Position numbers and translations under genes: made by a program. A stretch of DNA of 50,549 nucleotides from an uncultured archaeon (GTDB taxonomy: Archaea; Asgardarchaeota; Thorarchaeia; Thorarchaeales; Thorarchaeaceae), in NCBI GenBank assembly GCA_964631415.1, contig CAZVZC010000011.1:1-50549 (forward strand). Direction: 5' to 3'. Of this stretch, positions 37,811 to 47,513 are shown one piece after another (position 1 is the first letter of the stretch; the number at the start of each line of letters is the position of its first letter). Below the pieces are notes generated by a model that worked only from the letters and a program-made list of their open reading frames with translations, searched no databases and was not told the DNA's origin.

Positions 37811-38728
37811 GACCTTTTGCCTAGAACCCCGTACAAGGTCCATGATTACAAGTGCCACCCCAGCCAATATCACAGTAAACCCGAGAATGGTTTCCACAGA
37901 AGGAATCTTGTTTAGTATGATGACACCCAGTAGGGTGGCCCCGATGGGCTCACCTAGGACTGCAGAAGAAACCACATAGGCAGGGACTATGGTCAACAGG
38001 TAGTTGTTCACGGAATGGCCGAGAACTGTTGGGAAGATCGCAAGAGCAATGAATATGATGACCTCTCTGGTCTGAAAAACAGCTATGTTGGTCCCAGAGA
38101 TCACACAGAGTACTAGTGTTGTGCCAGCAGCAGAGGCATAAACGGTGGACGTGTAGACTGAAACTGGTAGCCCCTTTGCGAACCTCCTGCCACCTATGAA
38201 GTAAATAGCAAGAAAGAACGCGCTGAGGAGTGCCAGTAGGTCACCGGCAAGCGCTTGGCTGCCAGTAGTCAGAAGATCACCCCATGACAGGGCTACTGCA
38301 CCGGTAACGGCGACAATCACGCCTGCCCAAGACATCCTTCGAAGCGGTTCCTTTAGTACAAGCGTTGACAAGACCGCAGTGAAGATCGGGGAGGAGTCTG
38401 TGAGTACGACACTGGCAGCAAGCGAAGTCATGGTCAGCGAAGTGAACCAAGCAGAGAAGTGCAGGGAAAGCATCACGCCTGTGAATATCAACCAACGCCA
38501 GTTGTTTCTGATGAATTTCCCTTGAAAGGCATGCAAGTCGCCGTGTACAGCCCCAATCGTTGCCATCATCATAGCCCCATAGAGTGTCCTCCAGAAGACT
38601 ATGACCAGAGGTGGAGAGGTGCTCACCAGTATGAGAATGCTTGCACTGGACACCATCGAAACCGACAGCACAAGCAGTAGGACTACTCGCAGTTGATGGA
38701 CCGCTCCGCTTGGCTTGGGGTTCTCCAT
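37781..38728 (-). CDS. DMT/EamA family transporter
   Basis: About 10 TM helices, SPIFT...LKE and LGEPIGA. Confidence 0.88.
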   Translation of the reverse strand: MENPKPSGAVHQLRVVLLLVLSVSMVSSASILILVSTSPPLVIVFWRTLYGAMMMATIGAVHGDLHAFQGKFIRNNWRWLIFTGVMLSLHFSAWFTSLTMTSLAASVVLTDSSPIFTAVLSTLVLKEPLRRMSWAGVIVAVTGAVALSWGDLLTTGSQALAGDLLALLSAFFLAIYFIGGRRFAKGLPVSVYTSTVYASAAGTTLVLCVISGTNIAVFQTREVIIFIALAIFPTVLGHSVNNYLLTIVPAYVVSSAVLGEPIGATLLGVIILNKIPSVETILGFTVILAGVALVIMDLVRGSRQKVSTLDHSNGS

Positions 38729-39229
38729 CTAGACCACGAACCTCTGTCTGCATACCACGCACCGAAGCGACTCCTCCGACACCTCGGCCACTTGTGAGCC
38801 ACAGGATGCACACCTATGAACCATAAGGCTCTCGAGGTTTATGCCCAGCAGAGCCGCCCTGACATCCTCAAGGTCATCATACTCGAATAGTGCTTTCCCA
38901 TCCGCCCCCTTTGCCATGTAGGAGAGGTCCTGGGAATCACTCTTGCGAAACATGAGTATTGGCTTGACCAGCTCGATTGCGAGCATGATTTCCATTCCGA
39001 CGCCCAGTGACGGGTTCGAAACTTCCCCAATCAGAAAGTCGCTCATTCGCACTTGGCTTATGTCACGCTTGAAGACCTCTGAAGGAGGCAGTCGTGGCAG
39101 GAACTGAGGAGCGAAGACCGCTATTCCAAGCTCCTCCAGAGTGTCAATCACCACATGATAGAAGTCATCTCTTCTCATGCTGGCGTTCACGATTGGACCT
39201 GATAGGTATGCTTGGACCATATTCATCAC
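38729..39229 (-). CDS. Nucleoside 2-deoxyribosyltransferase/DNPH1-like protein with a C-terminal Zn ribbon
   Basis: YLSGPI, RDI, EVSNPSLGVGMEI and CASC...CVVC. Confidence 0.8.
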   Translation of the reverse strand: MMNMVQAYLSGPIVNASMRRDDFYHVVIDTLEELGIAVFAPQFLPRLPPSEVFKRDISQVRMSDFLIGEVSNPSLGVGMEIMLAIELVKPILMFRKSDSQDLSYMAKGADGKALFEYDDLEDVRAALLGINLESLMVHRCASCGSQVAEVSEESLRCVVCRQRFVV

Positions 39230-39237
39230 GGAGGCCG

Positions 39238-39603
39238 TCAGTTCGAGGGGTCTTCAGTGGCCAGTACGGTCTTCAGCTGTTCAATTGAGGGCAATGAGCC
39301 GTCATCTGGCACCACTTCTATTCGACCCGAACGTCCCAGCGACAGCTGTATCTTCCCTTTCCATTCCTTTGCCCATCCGTCAGTAATCTTGACCACCTTC
39401 CCAGCCGAGATCTTGGCTCCCTCGCCAAAGCCCCATAGTGACAAGATCACTCTGCCAGTTTCATCAGCGACCAAAACCTCTGTAAGCTGAGTCTTCCTGC
39501 CATCACGAGTCTGAATCATCCGGGCGGGATTGATTGACACGACCCTGACCACAACCTCAGAAACGTTCTTGTCGGCTTCTATCTCGTTGAGCTTCAACAG
39601 CAA
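39238..39603 (-). CDS. Single OB-fold ssDNA-binding protein (SSB/RPA-like)
   Basis: VADETGRVILSLWG, GWAKEWKGKIQLSLGR. Start probably TTG near 39603. Confidence 0.8.
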   Translation of the reverse strand: MLLKLNEIEADKNVSEVVVRVVSINPARMIQTRDGRKTQLTEVLVADETGRVILSLWGFGEGAKISAGKVVKITDGWAKEWKGKIQLSLGRSGRIEVVPDDGSLPSIEQLKTVLATEDPSN

Positions 39604-39692
39604 ACCCTGTGCTGAGGGTGTCTCATCCTGCAATTGAGTCTTCCGAGTCGCCCCCCCCACTTGTAGACCTGCGGCCCCGACCGACCAGCTTC

Positions 39693-41306
39693 TCATTCAG
39701 AGTAAAGATCCTCACCGTATGACTCTTCGTCGTCTTGCTCTTTCTGACGCGAAGGCTTAGTTTCACTTGGCTTCTCGTCCGGTGGAGCCAAGCCGATTAT
39801 CTTCTCGAGCTCCCGTAGCTCCTCAGGAGACACACTCTTGGGGCTCTCTGCTGGGATTGTGCTCGGTTGAGATGGCTCCTTGGCTTCAGTAGGTCCGAGT
39901 ATTCTCTCTAGGTCCTTGCGAGCCTCGTCAGCAACTTCATGAGTGGTTTCCTCGCGTCCCGCCGTAACAGTTTCCTCGGATCTGAGGGCGTCTAATGCCT
40001 CTCCTATCTCTTCGTGAGGAACACGGTCAATCTCAGCAGCAACCATTTCGTCGGCGTCCAGAACCCCGGACAGGAGGTCCTTCGCAATTTGCAGTCCTGC
40101 CTGAGCATCTGGGTCCACAGTCAGAGCAGGTCCGGATTCTTCACTGGTCGACTGGGCACCTGCGGTTTGAACCTCGAACTCCTCGGTTTCCTCGGCCGAA
40201 ACTCCCTGGTCAGAGATCGTCGGCTCAGTTTCCTCGTCCATGACCTCGACCACTTCTTCCACAACCTCATACTCATCTGAGCCCTCGATGATGTGGCCTT
40301 CTTCGTCGACGAAAACCTCCTCTACGACTTCCATCTCCTCTTCGGCCTCTTCGGCTTCTTCGTGTGGGGGAACAGCTTTCGCGGGTTGTTCTGCTTCTCT
40401 CACAGCTTGGTCTGCGAACCTGATGAGCTCTGATGGAGGCAGGTCCGGTAGTGCAACACCGACGTATTGAGCAGCAGCGCTGATGAGTATTCTAAGCATT
40501 TCATCACGGCGCTCCTTGTCGATTGCGACCATGGGGTATGTCGGTATACCAAGAATCTTCTGGACTACCTCAGGCTTCATGGCATTGGGTTTGTCCTGTT
40601 TGTTGGCAAGAGCAAACACCGGGACTTTCGGTGCATCGCGCTTGATCAACTTCAGTATGTCCTTGCTAATGATTACGTTCCTGAGTGTCGAATCACACAC
40701 CAGGAATATCACGTCAGCCCCGTGAAAATAGAACCTCCAAAGCGTGCGGAATCGCTCCTGCCCTGCAAAGTCCCATATGACCAGTGAGTAGTTCCCAAAC
40801 CGAATGTTCTCAACTGTTTCCAGATTGAGAGCAATTGTCGGAACATAGGACAGTGGAGGGGTGTTGCCCAAGAGCAGATTCAGGGTCGTCGTCTTTCCCA
40901 CACCTCCCTCTCCCACTAAGGCAATCTTGAGTCTGGTTGTGACTGCCTGTTCAATCAAGGTGGTATACTGACTGACGGCCTTTCGAATACCCAGCTCAAC
41001 AATCTTCTTCTCCAGATCCGCGGAAGCTTTCTCGAGCCGTTCCCCTATGAGATGCTCGTCTTCTCCTTTGTCGGTCACGAAGATAAGGAGCCTCTGGGAG
41101 CCGCAGGGTCTGGCTAGGAACTTGCGGTTTCCGACGATAAGGGCGATCTCTGCTACTGAACCCTGTTCGGATCGGAGTTCGTTCCTCGTCTTGATGAACT
41201 CATCCAGCTCCTCTTGAGTGACAGTGATCGGCCAGTATCTTGATGACGCCAAGACCTTCTGACCCTGAACCAAGAAAGTATTGTGTATCATTCGATCCAC
41301 CATCAA
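39693..41306 (-). CDS. Longin-like domain + Arf-related GTPase + long acidic tail
   Basis: GEGGVGKTT, YVPTIALN, WDFAGQERFRTLWRFYF and NKQD. ~125-aa N-terminal alpha/beta domain and an E-rich C-terminal half. Confidence 0.8.
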   Translation of the reverse strand: MMVDRMIHNTFLVQGQKVLASSRYWPITVTQEELDEFIKTRNELRSEQGSVAEIALIVGNRKFLARPCGSQRLLIFVTDKGEDEHLIGERLEKASADLEKKIVELGIRKAVSQYTTLIEQAVTTRLKIALVGEGGVGKTTTLNLLLGNTPPLSYVPTIALNLETVENIRFGNYSLVIWDFAGQERFRTLWRFYFHGADVIFLVCDSTLRNVIISKDILKLIKRDAPKVPVFALANKQDKPNAMKPEVVQKILGIPTYPMVAIDKERRDEMLRILISAAAQYVGVALPDLPPSELIRFADQAVREAEQPAKAVPPHEEAEEAEEEMEVVEEVFVDEEGHIIEGSDEYEVVEEVVEVMDEETEPTISDQGVSAEETEEFEVQTAGAQSTSEESGPALTVDPDAQAGLQIAKDLLSGVLDADEMVAAEIDRVPHEEIGEALDALRSEETVTAGREETTHEVADEARKDLERILGPTEAKEPSQPSTIPAESPKSVSPEELRELEKIIGLAPPDEKPSETKPSRQKEQDDEESYGEDLYSE

Positions 41307-41912
41307 ATGCTTGGAGCAGCCTTCACGAGGAGGTCCCGATGTCTGTTCGAAGGCATTGATGCGTATTAAGCATTCACGTGATTTATGCCTTCAAGCAGCC
41401 TTTACGTGAACCTCGTCGATATCCAAACGCGAAGTGGTGAATGTGAGCGGAGGCTCGCCGGGCCGAAGCCACTTCAGAGGCGAACCCTTCCGCTTCCTTT
41501 GAGCTCCTTTGCCGGGGCGCACCGAAGAAATCGGTAATGCGCAAGTATTGCAAGGGGGACCAATGCGTAGAAACTCGGAGATTGGGACCGTGTTGCGAAC
41601 GCGAGTTCCTAGACGGGGGATTGTGCGCTCCGACTACGACACTCATTGGATCGTGACCCCATGAACATGGAGCCACGAACACGCATGGATGATACAAGAC
41701 ATAAGAACCTTCCTAGTTTTCTAAAAATCGAATCGCGCCTCTTATTGACCGATGAACGGCAAACGAAGACGTCATAGCCTCATTCTCTTGCGGACCTCGC
41801 AGCATGAAGCCTCGCGAATTGCGGGAATCGCAGGATCGAAACACCACGTGACAACTTGTCACAGCTGTCGAGTCCACGAAGACGATTACTAGAAAGTGGC
41901 CTCTTAGGAGGT

Positions 41913-43052
41913 CTACCTCGGGAAGTTGTCTCTCAGTAGCCGCAGGTGATGATGCACCATCTCCCTGGCACGATCGTCGTCTGGTGTCTTCTCGAGGTCC
42001 ACGATTAACGACTGAAGGAAGTATTCCGGGAAGAACAGACGAACACGGATGTCGTTCAGGAGGAACAACCACTTGTCGTACTCGCCGCTCGGTCCCTTCC
42101 GCCTCTTCTCCGAAACCACTCTGAACTTCTTGAGTGTCTGGATTGCTTCCTTCATCTCCTTGGGCGGAATGCCGAGAGTGGCCTCGATCTCAGATATGTT
42201 CGCGGGGCGACGACGAAGCTCGTTGAGTATGTCATAGCAGTCAGGATCCGCAAGAACCTGTGCAACTGCAACGGTGTCATCGGGTGTCTTCTGCCACTCC
42301 GTGAGAAACTCGAGCACTTCACCCTTGTACTCTGCCGCGAGCTCAGGGTCAAGCACAGTGCCTGAAGCCTCCATCGCAAGCAGCGGCGGTGCACGAAACA
42401 CCTCAAGGTCCTTGATCATGAACACACAGGTTCTGCCTATCTCATCAACCCACTCGGTCTTGATCAGACCCAACTCTTCGAACGGAGATAGGATCGAGTC
42501 CACGCTGACGCTCGGTAGACCTGTCACCATCTTCAACCACTCCTCGAGGTCCTCCTTAGAAACGCCTCCCTTCCAGAGCTTGGGGAAGACAGCACGCGAA
42601 ACTTCATCTGAGAAGAGGCGTGCAAGCCGTGACTCGTCGGTCATGCCTGCAAGTCTGATTATTCTACGATAGGTGTTCTCGATCTCAGTCTGAAACTCAG
42701 CGTCGGTCATTGAGATGACTGCATTCGTCAGGGGAGAAACAATCGAGGTGATTGCAGCCTCGTAGGCCTTGGGATCCTCTGAAGAAGTCAGCAACAGAGA
42801 AACGCAATACTGCTCCTCTTCACGGACAATGCCCGTGTAGTAAGAAGCCACACTGTACTCCTCGCCTCCGATTCGGACACTCAGAGATGAGAAGCCAGCG
42901 GCGGCATCACCCATCGCATGTGACGTGAAAATACGCATGATTTCGGTGTTGAGGTCTTCCTTGTAGTAATCGGCAAAGTCCGCAGGGACCTTTGCTTTCA
43001 GGACAGCACCTATCTTACTATCCCAGTCAATCAGGAGCATTGCAACGGGCAT
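41913..43052 (-). CDS. Longin/uDENN (NPRL2-like) domain protein with C-terminal winged-helix domains
   Basis: N-terminus 'LLIDWDSKIGAVLKAKVPADF'. C-terminal ArsR-like 'ILNELRRRPANISEIEATLGIPPKEMKEAIQTLKKFRVV'. Confidence 0.6.
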   Translation of the reverse strand: MPVAMLLIDWDSKIGAVLKAKVPADFADYYKEDLNTEIMRIFTSHAMGDAAAGFSSLSVRIGGEEYSVASYYTGIVREEEQYCVSLLLTSSEDPKAYEAAITSIVSPLTNAVISMTDAEFQTEIENTYRRIIRLAGMTDESRLARLFSDEVSRAVFPKLWKGGVSKEDLEEWLKMVTGLPSVSVDSILSPFEELGLIKTEWVDEIGRTCVFMIKDLEVFRAPPLLAMEASGTVLDPELAAEYKGEVLEFLTEWQKTPDDTVAVAQVLADPDCYDILNELRRRPANISEIEATLGIPPKEMKEAIQTLKKFRVVSEKRRKGPSGEYDKWLFLLNDIRVRLFFPEYFLQSLIVDLEKTPDDDRAREMVHHHLRLLRDNFPR

Positions 43053-43201
43053 GGCTTTCTTCTCCGGGTCCCCTGTTCGCTGGCCTGCGAGGAGCTGGTC
43101 TCCATACCGGAGCATGGAGGCCTATTAAAAAGCTTGTGACAAAACTATCAAGACTTGCCACTGGCGATACGGATTGAATGCTTTTTTGAGATAATCTCCT
43201 C

Positions 43202-43855
43202 TCAGGTAGGCACTTCTCGTTTCTGCCGGATAACATACTCAATCCTTCGATGGACTTCGCTCACGACTTGCTCCAGAGGCTGGGTCGCGTCAATCACCAA
43301 GAAGGTAGCTGTGTCTTGGCGGGCCATCTCCAGATAGGCCTCCCGGACACGAACAAGCCTTTCGAGCTTCTCAAACTGCACGTTCATCTGGCCCTTCCGG
43401 CCCAGTACTCTTTGAAGCCCGACTTCTGCTGGAATGTCGAGTAACAAGACCAGGTCAGGCTCAGGAGCGTGAATCTCCTCCCTGTTCCGACGGAGTATGT
43501 CTTTCCAATGAATACCGGTACTCGTACTCTGATAGGCTCCTGTGGCAAAGAAATAACGGTCCATGACCACTATCCTACCATCACGAAGCGCGGGCAGGAT
43601 TCGGTTCTTTATGTGCCATTCCCTATCACGTATGAAGAGCTCAAGCTCCTCATCGGGCGTCAGCTGTCCAGAAACAGATCTTGCTCTTATCTCGAGTCCC
43701 CACTTGCTCAGATTCGTGGGTTCGCGCAGAGCCAAGACGTCATGCCCTTCTTCGGTCAGAAGAGTAACAAGTGACTCACAGACTGCAGTCTTGCCAGAGC
43801 CATCAATCCCTTCGAGCACAAATAGCAGACCCTTGGGGTGCTTCCGGCTCTTCAT
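43202..43855 (-). CDS. tmk: Thymidylate kinase
   Basis: EGIDGSGKT, REP, DRY and PDL. Confidence 0.93.
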   Translation of the reverse strand: MKSRKHPKGLLFVLEGIDGSGKTAVCESLVTLLTEEGHDVLALREPTNLSKWGLEIRARSVSGQLTPDEELELFIRDREWHIKNRILPALRDGRIVVMDRYFFATGAYQSTSTGIHWKDILRRNREEIHAPEPDLVLLLDIPAEVGLQRVLGRKGQMNVQFEKLERLVRVREAYLEMARQDTATFLVIDATQPLEQVVSEVHRRIEYVIRQKREVPT

Positions 43856-44014
43856 GGTGAGGGCAGCTTCCTGCGAGAACTACGTCAAAGGCGGCTTCGG
43901 GTCTGTATTAGGTGCTTCGGTGATAAGCACCCGAGTCCTAGGTATGGGAACCACATCACCCGACTATGCAACTCTCCAAATATGGCGCCAACGAGCGTTA
44001 GCCTTAAGTCAGAA

Positions 44015-44042
44015 TGCTAGGATAGGATAACCCATCCTAGCA
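44015..44042. promoter_or_regulatory. 9-bp inverted repeat at the start of the ECF operon
   Basis: TGCTAGGAT-N10-ATCCTAGCA between a CTTAAG box and the start codon. Confidence 0.4.
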
Positions 44043-44050
44043 AAGTGACG

Positions 44051-44548
44051 ATGATGAAACCACACGCACTGCTGACCATTGTGTTGCTGGTGATGGCAGT
44101 CCAAGGCATCACTCCAGCCTCAGTCGTCCCTAGTGCCGTGCCGGCATCAGGAGTCACCGTCCGAATCGACTTCGGTAACGGAACGAGTCTGACATTCCCG
44201 AACGTTGAGGCTGCGGATGTCCTCGAGGCAACACAGTCTGTGGCAGAGGTCGAAGCAGAGTGGTACGGCGATCTTGTCTTTGTTGTTGCTATAGCAGGAG
44301 TACACGAGGATCCGGTGGCAAGGGTCTATTGGCAGTATTGGGTGAATGGAGAACTGGGCCCCATCGCCGCGAACAAGTTCGGACTCCAAGATAATGACAC
44401 CGTGGAGTGGCGAAGGCAGTCCCCGCTGATGACCACAGAACCAAGCGGTTCGCCTGACACTTCGACCGTAGTTGCGACCGTTGTTGTGGCAGCATGTGCG
44501 CTGGGCTTCCTGTACGTTTCATATCGAAGAAAGCTCGGAGGGAAGTGA
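44051..44548 (+). CDS. DUF4430 (transcobalamin C-terminal-like) surface protein with TM anchor
   Basis: FVVAIAGV...YWQYWVNG...GLQDNDTVEW, a signal peptide and a C-terminal TM. Confidence 0.75.
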   Translation: MMKPHALLTIVLLVMAVQGITPASVVPSAVPASGVTVRIDFGNGTSLTFPNVEAADVLEATQSVAEVEAEWYGDLVFVVAIAGVHEDPVARVYWQYWVNGELGPIAANKFGLQDNDTVEWRRQSPLMTTEPSGSPDTSTVVATVVVAACALGFLYVSYRRKLGGK

Positions 44549-44552
44549 GCAG

Positions 44553-45302
44553 ATGGACAACAGAGCACTTATTGCAGTGTTAATCGTGATTCCTTTCCTG
44601 AGTATCGGACCGCTTGACACCGGTGCGGGCTACTATCCTGGACTGGCTCCAGACGTCTGGGGTGCCACAGAGATCACTTGGACCGTGACTGATTGCCCCG
44701 GTGGGCCATTCGGACTCTTCTGGTCAGGAGAGGGTCAATGGATTGCCCAACTGGGTAGCAAGATGGTTTTCTCGGTACTTGCACTCGGGGACGATGTGAG
44801 GGGACAGGTTTCCCTTGGGAATGCGACTTGGACGTCAAACGACGCCGAGATTGCAAAGGATCTGACTCTTGGAGTGTGGGGAATCACGCCGTGGCTCCCC
44901 GGTTTCATCGTGATGGTAGGAAACGACAATCTTCGCCTTCTGAATGAAACGGCCTATGCCTCTGCAGAGAGGGTGTTCGGCAACTACGTGAACGGGAGCA
45001 TCTCATCGCAATACGAGTCAGTAGTTGCGGGTGGTGTACCATACGACTGCCTCGCTTTTAAGTACAAACAGGATAACACGACCTTCGGAGAACCACAGAG
45101 AACGTATCTTGCCTATCACACGGTCACAGGGGTGCTGGTAAAGGGAAACACGAGTCTGTCGTTCGGCGTTCCATACTCTCTTTGTGTCGAACTATCTTCG
45201 ATTCGAGTCCCAAGGACCACGGCTGCGTTTTTCGTAGGATTGGGAGTCGTGGCGGTCGGAGTCATAATAGTGATGTTGCTTCTCAGAAGGACTGCCAAAT
45301 GA
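44553..45302 (+). CDS. Secreted beta-rich hypothetical protein with C-terminal TM anchor
   Basis: Signal peptide, 'YHTVTGVLV' motif and a TM helix followed by RR. Confidence 0.65.
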   Translation: MDNRALIAVLIVIPFLSIGPLDTGAGYYPGLAPDVWGATEITWTVTDCPGGPFGLFWSGEGQWIAQLGSKMVFSVLALGDDVRGQVSLGNATWTSNDAEIAKDLTLGVWGITPWLPGFIVMVGNDNLRLLNETAYASAERVFGNYVNGSISSQYESVVAGGVPYDCLAFKYKQDNTTFGEPQRTYLAYHTVTGVLVKGNTSLSFGVPYSLCVELSSIRVPRTTAAFFVGLGVVAVGVIIVMLLLRRTAK

Positions 45303-45916
45303 GCACGGTTGAAAGGAATACGTCTTCTGCACCGAAAGGAACTGTCATCAGACGCAGTCGTTGGCTAGCCATCGCCGCCATGATGACCGCTTTGGCCTTG
45401 GCAGGCAACTACGCTCTTGCGGCAATACCCAACGTCGAACTCGGGTCGTGTATACTATTCACCACTGCGTATGTGTTCGGCTTGGTCATGGCCGTCTGGT
45501 GCACACTCATAATGTCAATTCTGTATAGCGTCTTCAATCCGTGGGGAGCCTTCGTACCGCAGATTTGGTTCAGCCAGCTCTTGGGCTGGCTTCTCATGGC
45601 CACCATTGGAGCAATGATGGGCTTTGGCAGACAGGGCTGTGGGAAGAAGAGTGCCTCCTTTGAACTCGGCGGGGTAGGCGCGGTAGTCACTCTGTTTTTC
45701 GATTTGATCACGAACTTGGGCTACAGCTGGGCGTTCGATGTTCCCTACAGCATTGCTCTGATCGCAGGTGTGCGTTTCATGGTCGTGCATGTGGCCTCGA
45801 ACGCGATTCTCTTCGGGATGTTAATACCCCGTGTTGATCACATCATACGAAACACGCTCAGGAGTCAAATCTGGGAACAGGCAGTCCAAGACATGCCGGT
45901 CTTGAGTGAAGGATAA
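45299..45916 (+). CDS. ECF transporter S-component (CbrT-like)
   Basis: AIPNVEL, FFDLITN and HVASNAILF; multiple TM helices; ATGA overlap with the upstream gene. Confidence 0.7.
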   Translation: MSTVERNTSSAPKGTVIRRSRWLAIAAMMTALALAGNYALAAIPNVELGSCILFTTAYVFGLVMAVWCTLIMSILYSVFNPWGAFVPQIWFSQLLGWLLMATIGAMMGFGRQGCGKKSASFELGGVGAVVTLFFDLITNLGYSWAFDVPYSIALIAGVRFMVVHVASNAILFGMLIPRVDHIIRNTLRSQIWEQAVQDMPVLSEG

Positions 45917-45943
45917 AAGGAGAGCTAGAAACTCAATACAGGA

Positions 45944-46594
45944 GTGTACGTCTGCTTGTCATGGAACAACGAACTCGCACGACTGGGAGATCCTACTGAT
46001 GGACGGGTGGCTCCAGCATTCAGAGCGCACCATGCGGCTGTCGCCCTCATCATGATTGGAAGAGGACAACCGCTGGGCCGCTATGAGCTCACCCACAACA
46101 TGTCCATAGGCGAAGGCAGCGCACGCACGTTGCTCAAGAGACTGACCGAGGCAGACTACATAACAGCCGACCGGAAACAGGGACAGAAACTCACGCACAA
46201 GGGTCAAGCTCTCTTCGAGCGCATGATGCGAGATGTGCCCCTTGGGCTGCTTCTGGAGGTCCCTAGGCTCGTGACTCATAAGCACGCTTTCGCGAATCTG
46301 GTAAAGGCAAGAGCAGACAAGGTGAGTGACGGAACAAGGCAGCGTGACGAGGCGATAATTCAGGGTGGGTATCACAGAGCAGGTTCCACAACTCTGGTGA
46401 TGAAACATGGAGTATTGACCATACCTCCTGGTGACTTCAATGTGATGTCTGAATACGGAGATGAGGCCGCTCTCATAGTGGAGAGCTTGAGACCCCAAGA
46501 CGAGGATGTTCTGGTCATCGGCTCAGCTGACGATGAGAACCTTGCGAGAGAGGTTTCGATGGCAGCCGTCATGACCCTCTTTGAAGAGGACTAG
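45944..46594 (+). CDS. Winged-helix + DUF4443-like protein
   Basis: PLGRYEL...IGEGSARTLLKRL, QRDEAI and DVLVIGSAD. Confidence 0.7.
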   Translation: MYVCLSWNNELARLGDPTDGRVAPAFRAHHAAVALIMIGRGQPLGRYELTHNMSIGEGSARTLLKRLTEADYITADRKQGQKLTHKGQALFERMMRDVPLGLLLEVPRLVTHKHAFANLVKARADKVSDGTRQRDEAIIQGGYHRAGSTTLVMKHGVLTIPPGDFNVMSEYGDEAALIVESLRPQDEDVLVIGSADDENLAREVSMAAVMTLFEED

Positions 46595-46596
46595 CG

Positions 46597-47448
46597 ATGC
46601 AGACAGACCTAGAGGGGCGCGTCCCTCAGATTGTCGTCGACATACATGAGACAGGTGGCAAACGTGTCAATGCCACTAAGCACCTGATGTCCATGCTCGA
46701 CAAGGAGAAGATAGCTTATGCTGTCCAACAGATTCCCATAGGGGACATTCTGGGCATGGATGGAATCGCCATAGAGAGAAAGACAACAAGCGACCTAGTC
46801 AACACACTGAAGGGCAGCAACATTGGAGTGCCAAGGTTGAACAAGCAGCTGGACGGGCTGATGAAGTACGAGAGGCCATACTTGCTTGTTGAGGATATAC
46901 TTGCGATCAGGCGAGACCCATCGAAAGGGTGCGTGTACATTCCGTTCAAGACTAGGCAGACTAGAGGAAGGCCGTACGTCGTCACCATGGAGAGGGTTAG
47001 CTTCATACATCCGAGTGCGCTGGATGCTCTTCTAGACAGCATCCGCGAGAGGGGAATCAAGGTCATCGAAGGATTCAACGCGCTTCACTCTGCAGGTCTC
47101 CTCTTCGGTCTCTTGGCCAACCCCTCGGAGAAGCCCGAGGAAGAACATAGCCGTAGGCTTCCTGTCATCCGGACGCGCAAGGGTCTGGACTCAATGGACG
47201 ATGAGCAGGAGTTCTTCATTGCGGGTCTACCGGGAATCAATGTCGTTCGAGCCAAGAGCCTGTTGAACGCATTCGGATCACCCATAGAAGTGGTCACGCG
47301 TATTGACGAGTGGACAAGGGTACCAGGCATAGGGCCAAAGACTGTGTCATCAGCCAGAAAGATGCTGTTCTCCTTGCACACCGGAACGAAGAAAGACGAA
47401 ACCGGGAGCGACAAATCCGACCAGAGCAGCCAGCCAGACTTGTCCTAG
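46597..47448 (+). CDS. ERCC4/XPF-type structure-specific nuclease with tandem HhH
   Basis: GD...ERKTTSD, LLVE, LPGIN and VPGIGPK. Confidence 0.85.
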   Translation: MQTDLEGRVPQIVVDIHETGGKRVNATKHLMSMLDKEKIAYAVQQIPIGDILGMDGIAIERKTTSDLVNTLKGSNIGVPRLNKQLDGLMKYERPYLLVEDILAIRRDPSKGCVYIPFKTRQTRGRPYVVTMERVSFIHPSALDALLDSIRERGIKVIEGFNALHSAGLLFGLLANPSEKPEEEHSRRLPVIRTRKGLDSMDDEQEFFIAGLPGINVVRAKSLLNAFGSPIEVVTRIDEWTRVPGIGPKTVSSARKMLFSLHTGTKKDETGSDKSDQSSQPDLS

Positions 47449-47513
47449 CTCGATAGTTTTAAAAGAATAGACTATTCTATGGCCAGAGAATACATCGACC
47501 GAGATGACCATCC

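Noticed and set aside
41340-41910. RNase P or SRP RNA
   Set aside because: No GAGGAAAGUCC P4 signature and no SRP helix-8 motif on either strand.
43860-44045. Cobalamin riboswitch before the ECF operon
   Set aside because: AGGTGC and GGGAA words are present, but the GCCACTG/ACTGT B12-box elements are missing.
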